A DNA stretch of 64,000 nt. Origin: Balanoglossus misakiensis (taxonomy: Eukaryota; Animalia; Hemichordata). Where the stretch lies: positions 10,566,088 to 10,630,087 of the forward strand of contig CM082590.2 of NCBI GenBank assembly GCA_040954595.2, read 5' to 3'. The position numbers and the translations under genes were made by a program. Below are positions 1 to 11,700 of this stretch, one piece after another (position 1 is the stretch's first letter; each line of letters begins with the position of its first letter). The notes beneath the pieces are model-generated. The model worked only from the letters and a program-made list of their open reading frames with translations. It ran no database searches and had not been told where the DNA came from.

Positions 1-486
1 ATCACAATTATCATTATATAGTCGTCATCACTATTCTCATCATCTCTATCATCATCTCCATGGTTACCATCATCCTCAAAATCGACTATATTCTCATCAG
101 AAAAAAATATTCTAAATCTTAGAAAACAAAATTGTTACTGCTAAACCAGTACACACCACTAAAGTTCGGTAATATTTCATGTACCCCCACCTGTAAACTA
201 CTGGAAAACCCTTAAATCCAACCTCTTCACTTTCTTGGCCGAAAAGGGCTTGTAGACCCTCAAATTCTAATAAAAACAAAAGAATTGAAAGATTGCCATC
301 TGAGACTTTTAAACTGAAAAATCGGCCTCAAAACCTACTTTTTGCTTACATGTTATACATTGCCTGGGTTCGGACAAGCAATCTAAACACTTTAGCATAA
401 AATCCGATTTTATTTGGTGGAAAACTAAGTGAAATATTGAGAAAAACCGCCAAAATTACCCCCGAAGTGAACAAGTCGTCGGCAAG

Positions 487-522
487 ATTTGCATGTATTT
501 GCATGTATTTGCATATGCAGAT
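487..522. promoter_or_regulatory. Triple octamer (ATTTGCAT) motif in the macrosatellite spacer
   Basis: ATTTGCAT at 487, 497 and 507. The last runs into near-palindromic TTGCATATGCAG. Partly retained in spacer copies 2 and 3. Function is not shown. Confidence 0.4.
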
Positions 523-689
523 ATCAAGGCGAGTACTGCAAAAAAGGGAAGGGGGTGAACAAAGTAATTTTGATGACGGTAAAAAGAGGGCGCTCGTCCC
601 GACCTTTAACCTCGTATATGCAGTTAAAAAAGAGTTTATCCTAATTCCTTTATTCAATTTAAATCATAAACTAATCAGTTGAGCAATAT

Positions 690-2078
690 TTTTCAAAAAA
701 TGAAGAAATTACGAAATTCCGCAAAGTCGAAAAATCGTCATATTTTGATGATTTTCATGAGCTATAACCCATGATTTTTTTCAAAAAATGACGAAATTTA
801 GAAACTTCGCAAAGTCGAAAAATCGTCATTTTTGGATGATTTTCATTAGCTATAACCCATGATTTTTGTCAAAAATCGACCAAATTTCGAAAATTCGCAA
901 AGTCGAAAAATTGTCATTTCTGGATGATTTTCATGAGCTATAACCCATGATTTTTGTCAAAAAATTACGAAATTTAGAAACTTCGCAAAGTCGAAAAATC
1001 GTCATTTTTGGATGATTTTCATGAGCTATAACCCATGATTTTTGTCAAAAATCGACCAAATTTCGAAAATTCCCAAAGTCCAAAAATTGTCATTTCTGGA
1101 TGATTTTCATGAGCTATAACCCATGATTTTTGTCAAAAATCAACCAAATTTCGACAATTCGCAAAGTCGAAAAATCGTCATTTTTGGATGATTTTCATGA
1201 GCTATAACCCATGATTTTTGTCAAAAATCGACCAAATTTCGACAATTCGCAAAGTCGAAAAATCGTCATTTCTGGATGATTTTCATGAGCTATAACCCAT
1301 GATTTTTGTCAAAAATCGACCAAATTTCGAAAATTCGCAAAGTCGAAAAATCGTCATTTTTGGATGATTTTCATGAGCTATAACCCATGATTTTTGTCAA
1401 AAATCGACCAAATTTCGAAAATTCGCAAAGTCGAAAAATTGTCATTTCTGGATGATTTTCATGAGCTATAACCCATGATTTTTGTCAAAAATCGACCAAA
1501 TTTCGACAATTCGCAAAGTCGAAAAATTTTCATTTCTGGATGATTTTCATGAGCTATAACCCATGATTTTTGTCAAAAATCGACCAAATTTCGTAAAATC
1601 GCAAAGTCGAAAAATTGTCATTTCTGGATGATTTTCATTAGCTATAACCCATGATTTTTGTCAAAAATCGACCAAATTTCGAAAATTCGCAAAGTCGAAA
1701 AATTGTCATTTCTGGATGATTTTCATTAGCTGTAACCCATGATTTTTGTCAAAAATCGACCAAATTTCGACAATTCGCAAAGTCGAAAAATCGTCATTTC
1801 TGGATGATTTTCATGAGCTATAACCCATGATTTTTGTCAAAAATCGACCAAATTTCGAAAATTCGCAAAGTCGAAAAATCGTCATTTTTGGATGATTTTC
1901 ATGAGCTATAACCCATGATTTTTGTCAAAAATCGACCAAATTTCGAAAATTCGCAAAGTCGAAAAATTGTCATTTCTGGATGATTTTCATGAGCTATAAC
2001 CCATGATTTTTGTCAAAAATCGAAGAAATTTCGAAACTTCGCAAAGTCGAAAAATCGTCATTTTTTGATGCTTTTCAT
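690..2078. repeat. 88-bp satellite array 1 (~16 monomers)
   Basis: AAAGTC anchors at 723, 811, 899 ... 2043 with an exact 88-bp period. Consensus AAAGTCGAAAAATCGTCATTTTTGGATGATTTTCATGAGCTATAACCCATGATTTTTGTCAAAAATCGACCAAATTTCGAAAATTCGC. Confidence 0.98.
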
Positions 2079-2864
2079 CACTAATTGGTATATTTTATGA
2101 TCTACAAATAAAATTTAGCATTAGATATTATCCGGTTCACATCATAATAATTTTTGACATCGCCATTTCATTATCATCACCATTATCATTATATAGTCGT
2201 CATCACTATTCTCATCATCTCTATCAACATCTCCATGGTTACCATAATCCTCAAAATCGACTATACTCTCATCAGAAAAAAATATTCTAAATCTTAGAAA
2301 ACAAAATTGTTACTGCTAAACCAGTACACACCACTAAAGTTCGGTAATATTTCCTATACCCCCACCTGTAGACTACTGGAAAACCCTTAAATCCAACCTC
2401 TTCACTTTCTTGGCCGAAAAGGCCTTATGGCAGGTCAAATACTGATAAAAACAAAAGAATTGAAAGATTGCCATCTGAGACTTTTAAACTGAAAAATCGG
2501 CCTCAAAACCTACTTTTTGCTTACATGTTATACATTGCCTGGGTTCGGACAAGCAATCTAAACACTTTAGCATAAAATCCGGTTTTATTTGGTGGAAAAC
2601 TAAGTGAAATATTGAGAAAAATCGCCAAAATTACCCCCGAAGTCACGAAGCCGTAGGCAAGATTTGCATGTATTAGCATGTATTTGCATATGCAGATATC
2701 AAGGCGAGTACTGCAAAAAAGGGAAGGGGGTGAACAAAGTAATTTTGATGACGGTTAAAAGAGGGCGCTCGTCCCGACCTTTAACCTCGTATATGCAGTT
2801 AAAAAAGAGTTTATCCTAATTCCTTTATTCAATTTAAATCATAAACTAATCAGTTGAGCCATAT

Positions 2865-4306
2865 TTTTCAAAAAATGAAGAAATTTCGAAACTTCACAAA
2901 GTCGAAAAATCGTCATTTTTGGATGATTTTCATGAGCTATAACCCATGGTTTTTGTCAAAGATTGACCAAATTTCGAAAATTCGCTAAGTCGAAAAATTG
3001 TCATTTCTGGATGATTTTAATGAGCTATAACCCATGATTTTTGTCAAAAAATGACCAAATTTCGAAAATTCGCACAAGTCGAAAAATCGTCATTTTTGGA
3101 TGATTTTCATGAGCTATAACCCATGATTTTTGTCCAAAATCGACCAAATTTCGACAATTCGCAAAGTCGAAAAATTGTCATTTCTGGATGATTTTCATTA
3201 GCTATAACCCATGATTTTTGTCAAAAATCGACCAAATTTCGAAAATTCGCAAAGTCGAAAAATTTTCATTTCTGGATGATTTTCATGAGCTATAACCCAT
3301 GATTTTTGTCAAAAATCGACCAAATTTCGAAAATTCGCACAAGTCGAAAAATTGTCATTTCTGGATGATTTTCATGAGCTATAACCCATGATTTTTGTCA
3401 AAAATCGACCAAATTTCGAAAATTCGCAAAGTCGAAAATTTGTCATTTCTGGATGATTTTCATGAGCTATAACCCATGATTTTTGTCAAAAATCGACCAA
3501 ATTTCGACAATTCGCAAAGTCGAAAAATCGTCATTTTTGGATGATTTTCATGAGCTATAACCCATGATTTTTGTCAAAAATCGACCAAATTTCGAAAATT
3601 CGCACAAGTCGAAAAATCGTCATTTTTGGATGATTTACATGAGCTATAACCCATGATTTTTGTCAAAAATCGACCAAATTTCGACAATTCGCAAAGTCGA
3701 AAAATCGTCATTTTTGGATGATTTACATGAGCTATAACCCATGATTTTTGTCAAAAATCGACCAAATTTCGAAAATTCGCAAAGTCAAAAAATCGTCATT
3801 TTTGGGTGATTTTCATGAGCTATAACCAATGTTTTTTTACAAAAAACGAAGAAATTTCGAAACTTCGCAAAGTCGAAAAATCGTCATTTTTGGATGATTT
3901 ACATGAGCTATAACCCATGATTTTTGTCAAAAATCGACCAAATTTCGAAAATTCGCAAAGTCAAAAAATCGTCATTTTTGGGTGATTTTCATGAGCTATA
4001 ACCAATGTTTTTTTACAAAAAACGAAGAAATTTCGAAACTTCGCAAAGTCGAAAAATCGTCATTTTTTGATGCTTTTCATCACTAATTGGTATAGTAAAA
4101 AAATCGTCATTTTTGGGTGATTTTCATGAACATATAACCAATGTTTTTTTTACAAAAAAATGAAGAAATTTCGAAACTTCACAAAGTCGAAAAATCGTCA
4201 TTTTTTGATGATTTTCATGAGTTATAACCAATGTTTTTTTACAAAAAACGAAGAAATTTCGAAACTTCGCAAAGTCGAAAAATCGTCATTTTTTGATGCT
4301 TTTCAT
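2865..4306. repeat. 88-bp satellite array 2 (~16 monomers, irregular 3' end)
   Basis: Same monomer from anchor 2898 to 4271, with some 89-bp variants (CGCACAAG) and an internal junction at 4081-4100. Confidence 0.97.
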
Positions 4307-5499
4307 CACTAATTGGTATATTTTATGATCTACAAATAAAATTTAGCATTAGATATTATCCGGTTCACATCATAATAATTTTTGACATCGCCATTTCATT
4401 ATCATCACCATTATCATTATATAGTCGTCATCACTATTCTCATCATCTCTATCGTCATCTCCATGGTTACCATCATCCTCAAAATCGACTATATTCTCAC
4501 CAGAAAAAAATATTCTAAGTCTTAGAAAACAAAATTGTTACTGCTAAACCAGTACACACCACTAAATTTCAGTAATATTTCTTTTACTCCCACCTGTAAA
4601 CTACTGGAAACCCTTAAATCCAACCTCTTCACTTTCTTGGCCGAAAAGGTCTTGTAGACCCTCAAATACTGATAAAAAAGAAAGAATTGAAAGATTGCCA
4701 TCTGAGAATTTTGAACTGAAAAATCGGCCTCAAAACCTACTTTTTGCTTACATGTTAGACTTTGCCTGGGTTCGGACAAGCAATCTAAACACTTTCGCAT
4801 AAAATCCGGTTTTATTTGGTGGAAAACTAAGTGAAATATTGAGAAAAACCGCCAAAATTACCCCAAAATCAACTAGCCGATGGCGGCGTTCTAGGCAACA
4901 TTTGCATGTTTTTGCATATGCAGATATCAAGGCGAGTACCAATATGGAAGGCGCTGGGGGTAGGAGAAACGAATGAGATTATTGAAAATTAACGGGAAAA
5001 TTGTGACTCTTGCAGTTAAAAGAGAGTTTATTTTACTTTATTTATTAATTATAAATCATAAACTCATCACTTGAGCAATATAAATACCTATTACTAAATG
5101 TGCAATATCCGTCAATCTTTTGATACGAACGACATCAGTTTAAAGAAAACTTTGGATAAAATAACTATTTCAAGTGGAAGGTGAAATTTGTCCGGCCAAA
5201 TATTAGCTTTTTTTATTCTCGGGATACAGTGCAAAGTTCACAGGTGTCGAAAAGAACGCGAAAGTTTGAGAACATTTGAGCGAACCCAATCCAAACTTTT
5301 CTTTCATTTTGGTCTAGATACGACAAGTCTTTTGGCTGAAATAATTCTCTGGAACTTTCATTAATAATAACATCCATAACCTTGTCACTTTACCGATATT
5401 ATTTCGTATCCTTCGCAAATAATTTCATACGATTAACGTCAGTTTAAAAAAGACTTTCGGTAAAAAATGAGGCAATTTGCTCCTGAATTGAAAGTTACA

Positions 5500-5768
5500 C
5501 AGGCGATGTTCATTTGTTTCATCGTGACCCCTGACCCGTCACTAAGGTTACACGACGCTTTGCGGGCGTCAGCTGTTTATATATGATCGCTGACGCAAAC
5601 ATTTGCAAGATATTAGCACCACAAACAACGATTGCATACTGCGATCGTAGAATGCTGATGTCGACAGTTTCCAAGTGTTGCGTGGGAATATAGTTGACCA
5701 TCGCTTGCGACGGTTTGCAATCGACATTTGGTGATAAACTGAGTTTGAAACAGTGCCGATCGTATTAC
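5500..5768 (+). promoter_or_regulatory. Putative TEP1 promoter / 5'UTR
   Basis: CpG-enriched stretch directly before the ATG at 5769 and the first donor (AG|GTGAGT, 5779/5780). Contains DR1-like TGACCCcTGACCC at 5525-5537. Confidence 0.55.
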
Positions 5769-8700
5769 ATGGGATCTAGGTGAGTATGGCGACTGGCTGT
5801 ATATACAATCGTGTCACAATCCCTGGGCTTTGACGAGAAAAAAGATAGAAGACTATTTCTCTTCTCGTTTGGCTGCTGTGTTTCAACCGACCACCCACAG
5901 GCTCTCGCGGCATTGCTTGGACAGTCTATGGGGTGGGGTGGGGAGGGGGCAGATGTGAGAGAGGCTACCGAGAGCTTGTACACATACCTGATCGCTGTTG
6001 ATGTTTTTCTACCCACCGAAACATGTCCAATGACCGATTCTATTGTCTTGAAACAATTCACATCCTGAAATGAACATCAGTGTTTCATATAGACGGGGGT
6101 AATAGGGAGCGGGGCAGGTTAACGCCCCCTGTTGACATGTTGGCACCCCCTAGCAATTTGTCAAAGAGGTACCAGTGCCCCTTAAAATGATGTCATATGT
6201 ACATTCCCCCTTGCCAGAGTGTATTCTTCCTCCCCCCCCCCACACCAAATATTCTGGTTAAGGGGGACATACCCCCCCCCCCCCCCCCCCGTTGATGCCA
6301 ACCTGAATGAAACACTGGTACATTACACTTGAATACTTCTATGATTTAATTTCTGGTCAGTATCCTTATCCTCTGTACCAAACATGATATCACAGAGGTT
6401 TTAGTGGTAAGGTTGGATCTCCAAAGAGGGAACTGGGGGTGAAAGGGTTAAAGACCATCTCCTTGACACTTTCAGTTTAAAAATGCAAAACCATGCAGGT
6501 TGACTGGAGGCAAAACGTTCATAAGAATGTTGCCATGGTTTCATAGCAAACTGTTAAGTATGAGATCTACTCAACAAACACTCGGTGTTATCCCAAATGC
6601 ATATTGACAAAGCGACCACCCAGGAATTCTGCCAATCTATTGATTTTATGCTTTCATCTTCAGTTTTTTTTCATCATAATTTAGAGTTGCGGAATTCTTT
6701 GAGGAAAGAAAGCTGTAAAAATTGTGCTTCAGGGATACGACCAAGAAACTGCAGTAGATACACAAAACAGAATAAAAAATGAAAAGTTACAGCTAATGGA
6801 GCTTTAAAACATTTTTTGTCTTTACAGGAATCCAAATTTGAAGATGAGCTTGAAGACTGATTCACCGACAACCAGACTGACTGGCATTGGAACTGAATCC
6901 AGGTTTTTGCTGTCTGGGTTGAGTACAAAGACTAAACTAAGTGGGGCCCACACACCCAGCAGTCAGCTGTCATTGTCAAGTTCCAAACTCCAGACTTCAT
7001 CAGCAGCTTCCCTCAAAACAGCAGGGTCACTGTCATTGTCATCATCTCTGTTATCCCGCAAAAGTACATCACTTCTGCATGGAAAATCCACTCTCAACAC
7101 TTCCGGCGGCACAGTGTCAACGAAGGATCTGAGGACACAGATACCTTCAAAGCAAAAGGACGAGAACGACAGACAAAAGACAAAATTGAACACATCTTTG
7201 AAATCAACTTTGTCTTCCAGTAAAGTGAATCTTGGAATTTCTAACACAGCACCTCGGAGCAAAGTGAGCTTGTTGTCAAACCTGAGTATAAAACCATCAC
7301 GTTTAGGCGTTTCCTCTATTTCAACACTCTCAAAGACATCCAAATTAAGGATTGCGCCTACCTCATCGTTGACAAAATCCTCACTACTGACCGCACTGAA
7401 CGCGAAACAAAAACCTTCCAAATCGGAGAACAGACTATCTGAGACAACAACGCACTCTGCAGACGGGAAATTCATATTTCACTCGGAGTTCAGCGGCCAG
7501 AATTATGATTTCAAAATTGAGGATGACGATGGCGATGTCGATATTCCGGAGTTTGTCAGTCCCGATGCCGATGTGGAAGTGCATAAGTTTCCAAACCCGC
7601 TGAAACAAGTCACTGTTGTTAAAGTAAGTTCAGGAAAAAGCACCCTCTAAGTTGACAAAGATAGATCGCCCTCTCATGATATAATACAACACGTCACTGA
7701 TGAAGCAAGTTTCTAACAGACACTAAAGTGTTGTTACATGACATCATAATTAAATAAAGAATTATAATAATAATAATAAAAATAAAAATAATAATAATAA
7801 TAACAATTTATTTCCATTATGTAGATCCAAATCATCAAAGTTAACAAAGAATAAAAAAAATATTAAATGGGAGGGGACTAGCTAGAAAATACTTATAGTG
7901 TAAGTATGTCGATAGCAGCACAATAATAATAAAACAATTGCAAATTTTTTCCAGACATCTTTCATCAATGGTGTGAGTGCATCACTTCTAGGGAATCCAG
8001 ACTTTCACGACCCGAAAGACGGCACAAGGAAACACTTGATGGATCTTGTCGATCAAGTTATCAGCTATGATCCTGAGTTTGTACTCAAAGTAAGTTTCTT
8101 TTATTGTTTATATATATAATAAATATAGTCTTTATTTCGAGGACCAGCTCATAAACAAAAAGGAACAGAAATATATACAACATTAATCACCCAACCTAGA
8201 CTTAAAATACATTGAGAAAAGTTTGAAAGCGGCCTGAAAAGAATCTCTTCCAAAAAAAAACATGTCTTCTGTTTTATTCAATTTTACATGCATTTTATGT
8301 TTTGACTTGTAGGTTGCTCTATACGCACGATGTGAGTTAAATATCCGAACCACAGCCGATTTTTTGCTGGCTTTGGCGTCTCATAGACATTCTTGTAGGC
8401 CATTCCTGAAGAAGTATTTCAATGCTTCAGTGAGACTGCCTTCTGATTGGATAGATGTCGCAGAGGTTTATCTTGTGAGTATCTGATTGGTTAATTTATA
8501 TCTTGCGAGTATCTCATTGGGTTAATTCAAATCTTGTGAGTATCTCATTGGGTTAATTCAAATCTTGTGAGTATCTCATTGGGTTAATTCAAATCTTGTG
8601 AGTATCTCATTGGGTTAATTCAAATCTTGTGAGTATCTCATTGGGTTAATTCAAATCTTGTGAGTATCTCATTGGGTTAATTCAAATCTTGTGAGTATCT

Positions 8701-11700
8701 CATTGGGTTAATTCAAATCTTGTGAGTATCTCATTGGGTTAATTCAAATCTTGTGAGTATCTCATTGGTTGTTTTAAAGGAGGAGGGTCATCTTAAATGC
8801 TCATGTGTGACTTCGCTGTTTATAAACACGCTGTGGCCAGGGCACTGTTCTCGTCTTGTTGACAGATGATATTCTGCTCTTTGCAGGATCTCACGAGACC
8901 GTAGCGACGAGATTGTAATGTGTGTATTTTCTGAAAATAAAAATTGAGTGGACATAATGAGTATACCGACTTCTTGTCACTGAAATTCTTTCTCTTACAG
9001 ACATTTCACGACAAGACGATCAACTTCGGGGCTCTGCCATCAGCTCTTCGAAAAGCCATGATGACAAAATTTCCAGAGTTTGATGCGTATCAACTGGGTA
9101 GGTCTTAAACCTTTCACTCCTAGTTCCCTCTTTAGAGATCCAACAAGTCCCTGTCTATCACTTCAAACCTATCAACTCATAATTTGCTCTGTATGTATTT
9201 ATTTTCTGACACAGCCAAATACAACAAAGACAAGAAAAAGAAGAAAGATGGAGACGCTAAGAAAAAGAAAAGCAAAGATGATAAAGAGTCTTCTGATGAA
9301 GAAACTGAGGAAACTGGAAACATATCGAGACAGGTACGTGATCTTTGTTTGAATCAGGCTCCAGGCCCATGGAAAAAAAAATAATTATATAAAATAATTC
9401 ATGACATACAGTAAATACACAAATACACACAAAGCTTACAAGCACAATAATCAGTATAGAGATTCTCAGATCTCTAATTCTGTTCATAAAATTAAAAAAA
9501 CTTTTGCGCAATAACTCTTCAAAGGACAGTCCATCATGAACGACAAACATGGTACTAATACTACATCGCCTGGAAAGATTAAAAAGCCTATATCACATCT
9601 TCTGTCATTTCAGCTGTCCTATCTCAGTGAACAAAGCGAGAATGAAGAGGAGTTAACAAGACTGACATTCACACTGAAACAACTGATTAGAAAACTTCAC
9701 ATCACAACACCAGTGGAAAACGTCATGTGTCTGATTGGAAAAAGGTAGCAAACAAGTCTTGCTAAATCACTATTTAAGACACTATAACTTTTGATAACAT
9801 ATTAGTGGCAACCTCTGGGTGTGCTGATATGTCAACAGGGGGTGAATCCCCCATCCCCCCATCCCCTCGTCTAGATGAAACACTGACTATATAGTGGTCA
9901 CTTTGTTACAGTCCATACACTAAGCATGTACAGTAATTGACTTGTCTATAAAGGCCACTTGTCTATAAAGACAAGTTTAGGAAAGTTCCTTGACTGGCCA
10001 CTATAGACAGGTTCGACTGTAATTCTACTAATGTAGATACACACTCACCCAACTGTTTAATTCCACAAAGACGTACACCAGTGTCATGTTGAGACTATTT
10101 TTTCCCAGGTATCCGGAAGACGACGAGAGCTTCCGTAAGAGCGGCTTGCCAGGAGAATGGAACCCGGAGAGATCCGGAAAGCGGATGAAACTTGCAACGC
10201 CGGAAACCTGGGAAACACAAGTTTCTATGAAAGGAAATAAAGCATCAACGTGGGAAGACCTGATTGGTGAGAATGGTGTGATTTTGTGGTTTGAGGAAGA
10301 GAGAGACATGGAGAAAGAGAGAGAGAGAAAGAGAGGGAACGAATGAGAGATAGAGAGGGGGGGAGGAGAGAGGGAGAGAGAGACAGACAGACAGAGAGAG
10401 AGAGCGAGAGAGAGAGAGAGAGAAAAAGAGAAAAAGAGAGAGAGAGACAGAGAGAGACAGAAAGAGAGAAAAGGTTAGAGACAGACAGACAGAGGGAGAG
10501 AGAGGGAGAAGAATACAGAAAGACAGACAGACACAAATACAAGGGAAAGAGGGACAGATATACAGACAGAACATTAAAATGGATCTGACAAAATAATGAG
10601 TAACTCTCACCCAATATTTATTTGAAGGTGAATTGGTCCTTTGAATGATGACCAAAATTCTGAAAACCTTTGATTTTACAATAAGTCACCTCTCATGAAA
10701 TATTTCTACATAGAAGTTTAGCATACGATGTAATTATATGTGAACTAATTTGATTTCAGATCACAACAAGTTGCCCTTCATGGCCATGTTGCGAAACCTT
10801 CGTAACATGTTACAGGCAGGAATCAGTGATAGACACCATGCTTGGGTTCTTCGAAAACTTACCAGTGAGAAGTCTGTCATCAACAGTAAACAGTTCCCTT
10901 TCCGATTCTTCTCGGCGTATGAGGTCCTGGTCGGTCTGGAGAAAGCTCTAGAGAGACAAGGTATTAAGACAGAGAAAGCGATTTAAAATAAGTAAATAGT
11001 ACAGAGAAAAACTTTTGACAGTATTTTTGGTCAAGAATTTCAACATTTACTGGTATTTGTGTTCTTTGGTTATTTGTCCTTTATTGTCAATTGTATTTTC
11101 TTGTTTGATTGCTGACGGGTGATGCAACTCTGGGTGTTGAGCTTATCACTACAACATGTGTGTGCACAGACATTAGTGGCAATGAGCTAACACTGGGCCA
11201 GCCCATGTTTGTCCTGAGTTAGCATCAATGATCACTTGATATGTACTGTAATTCTACCAGGTATTGCTAAGTGCTTATTTTGTTGAAAATATCTTTTGTT
11301 AAATATTTGATAGAGGCGCTTACTGGTGAAGATATGGCAGAGCCTGGTGGTCTAGGGCAAGCCTCGTGGACAGGGCGGGGGTTTGGGCGTGGTCGAAGTC
11401 GTGGACGCGGACAGGGGCGTGGTCGAGGCCGGGGCGTAGGATCAGCTGGAAGAGGTTATGCAAAAAAGATAAAAGCCGCGTAAGTATAGTCACAGTTTCA
11501 AAAAAGAAAATATCTCCTACGTTTGGTTACCTTTTGAATGCCACATATATGGGGTTAACACACATGCATTCGAAACGCTTCTGAAACGTCTCAGGTCAAA
11601 TACTGGCATAAATTATTATGTGTGAATGGTTTAAGTGGTCCTGAAACGTTTGAGATTTGAGACGACTTTGCTGCCAGACCTGAGCCAGTGTAAAGGATTA

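Larger units (their letters stand above)
1..5080. repeat. Nested macrosatellite (higher-order tandem repeat, ~2.2 kb period), open at the left edge
   Basis: The spacer ATCAC(A/C)ATTATCATTATATAGTCG... recurs at 1, 2176 and 4404 (periods 2175 and 2228). The first two spacers are each followed by an 88-bp array. The third is more diverged and has no array after it. Confidence 0.97.

Noticed and set aside
586-609. GGGCGCTCGTCCCGACCTTT resembles a vault RNA 3' end, tempting next to TEP1
   Set aside because: No upstream B box, no TAGCTCAGCGG-type A box, no complementary 5' stem and only three T's. An Infernal vault-RNA search would settle it.
346-682. ORFs in the macrosatellite spacer (also 4522-4942)
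   Set aside because: Frames are not preserved between spacer copies and show no protein motifs.
2151-2282. Minus-strand hammerhead-like words (CTGATGA...GAAA...GTC) in the spacer
   Set aside because: Stem II does not close next to the core, stem I is only five A-U pairs, and copy 3 loses CTGATGA.
2403-2425. Minus-strand GGCCTTTTCGGCCAAGAAAGTG resembling the U2 snRNA 5' stem
   Set aside because: The branch-pairing GTAGTA and the rest of U2 are absent, and the match is weaker in the other copies.
690-4306. CRISPR-like interpretation of the 88-bp arrays (also the 31-bp array at 8471)
   Set aside because: Units are contiguous near-identical monomers with no unique spacers, no cas genes, and a spliceosomal-intron context.
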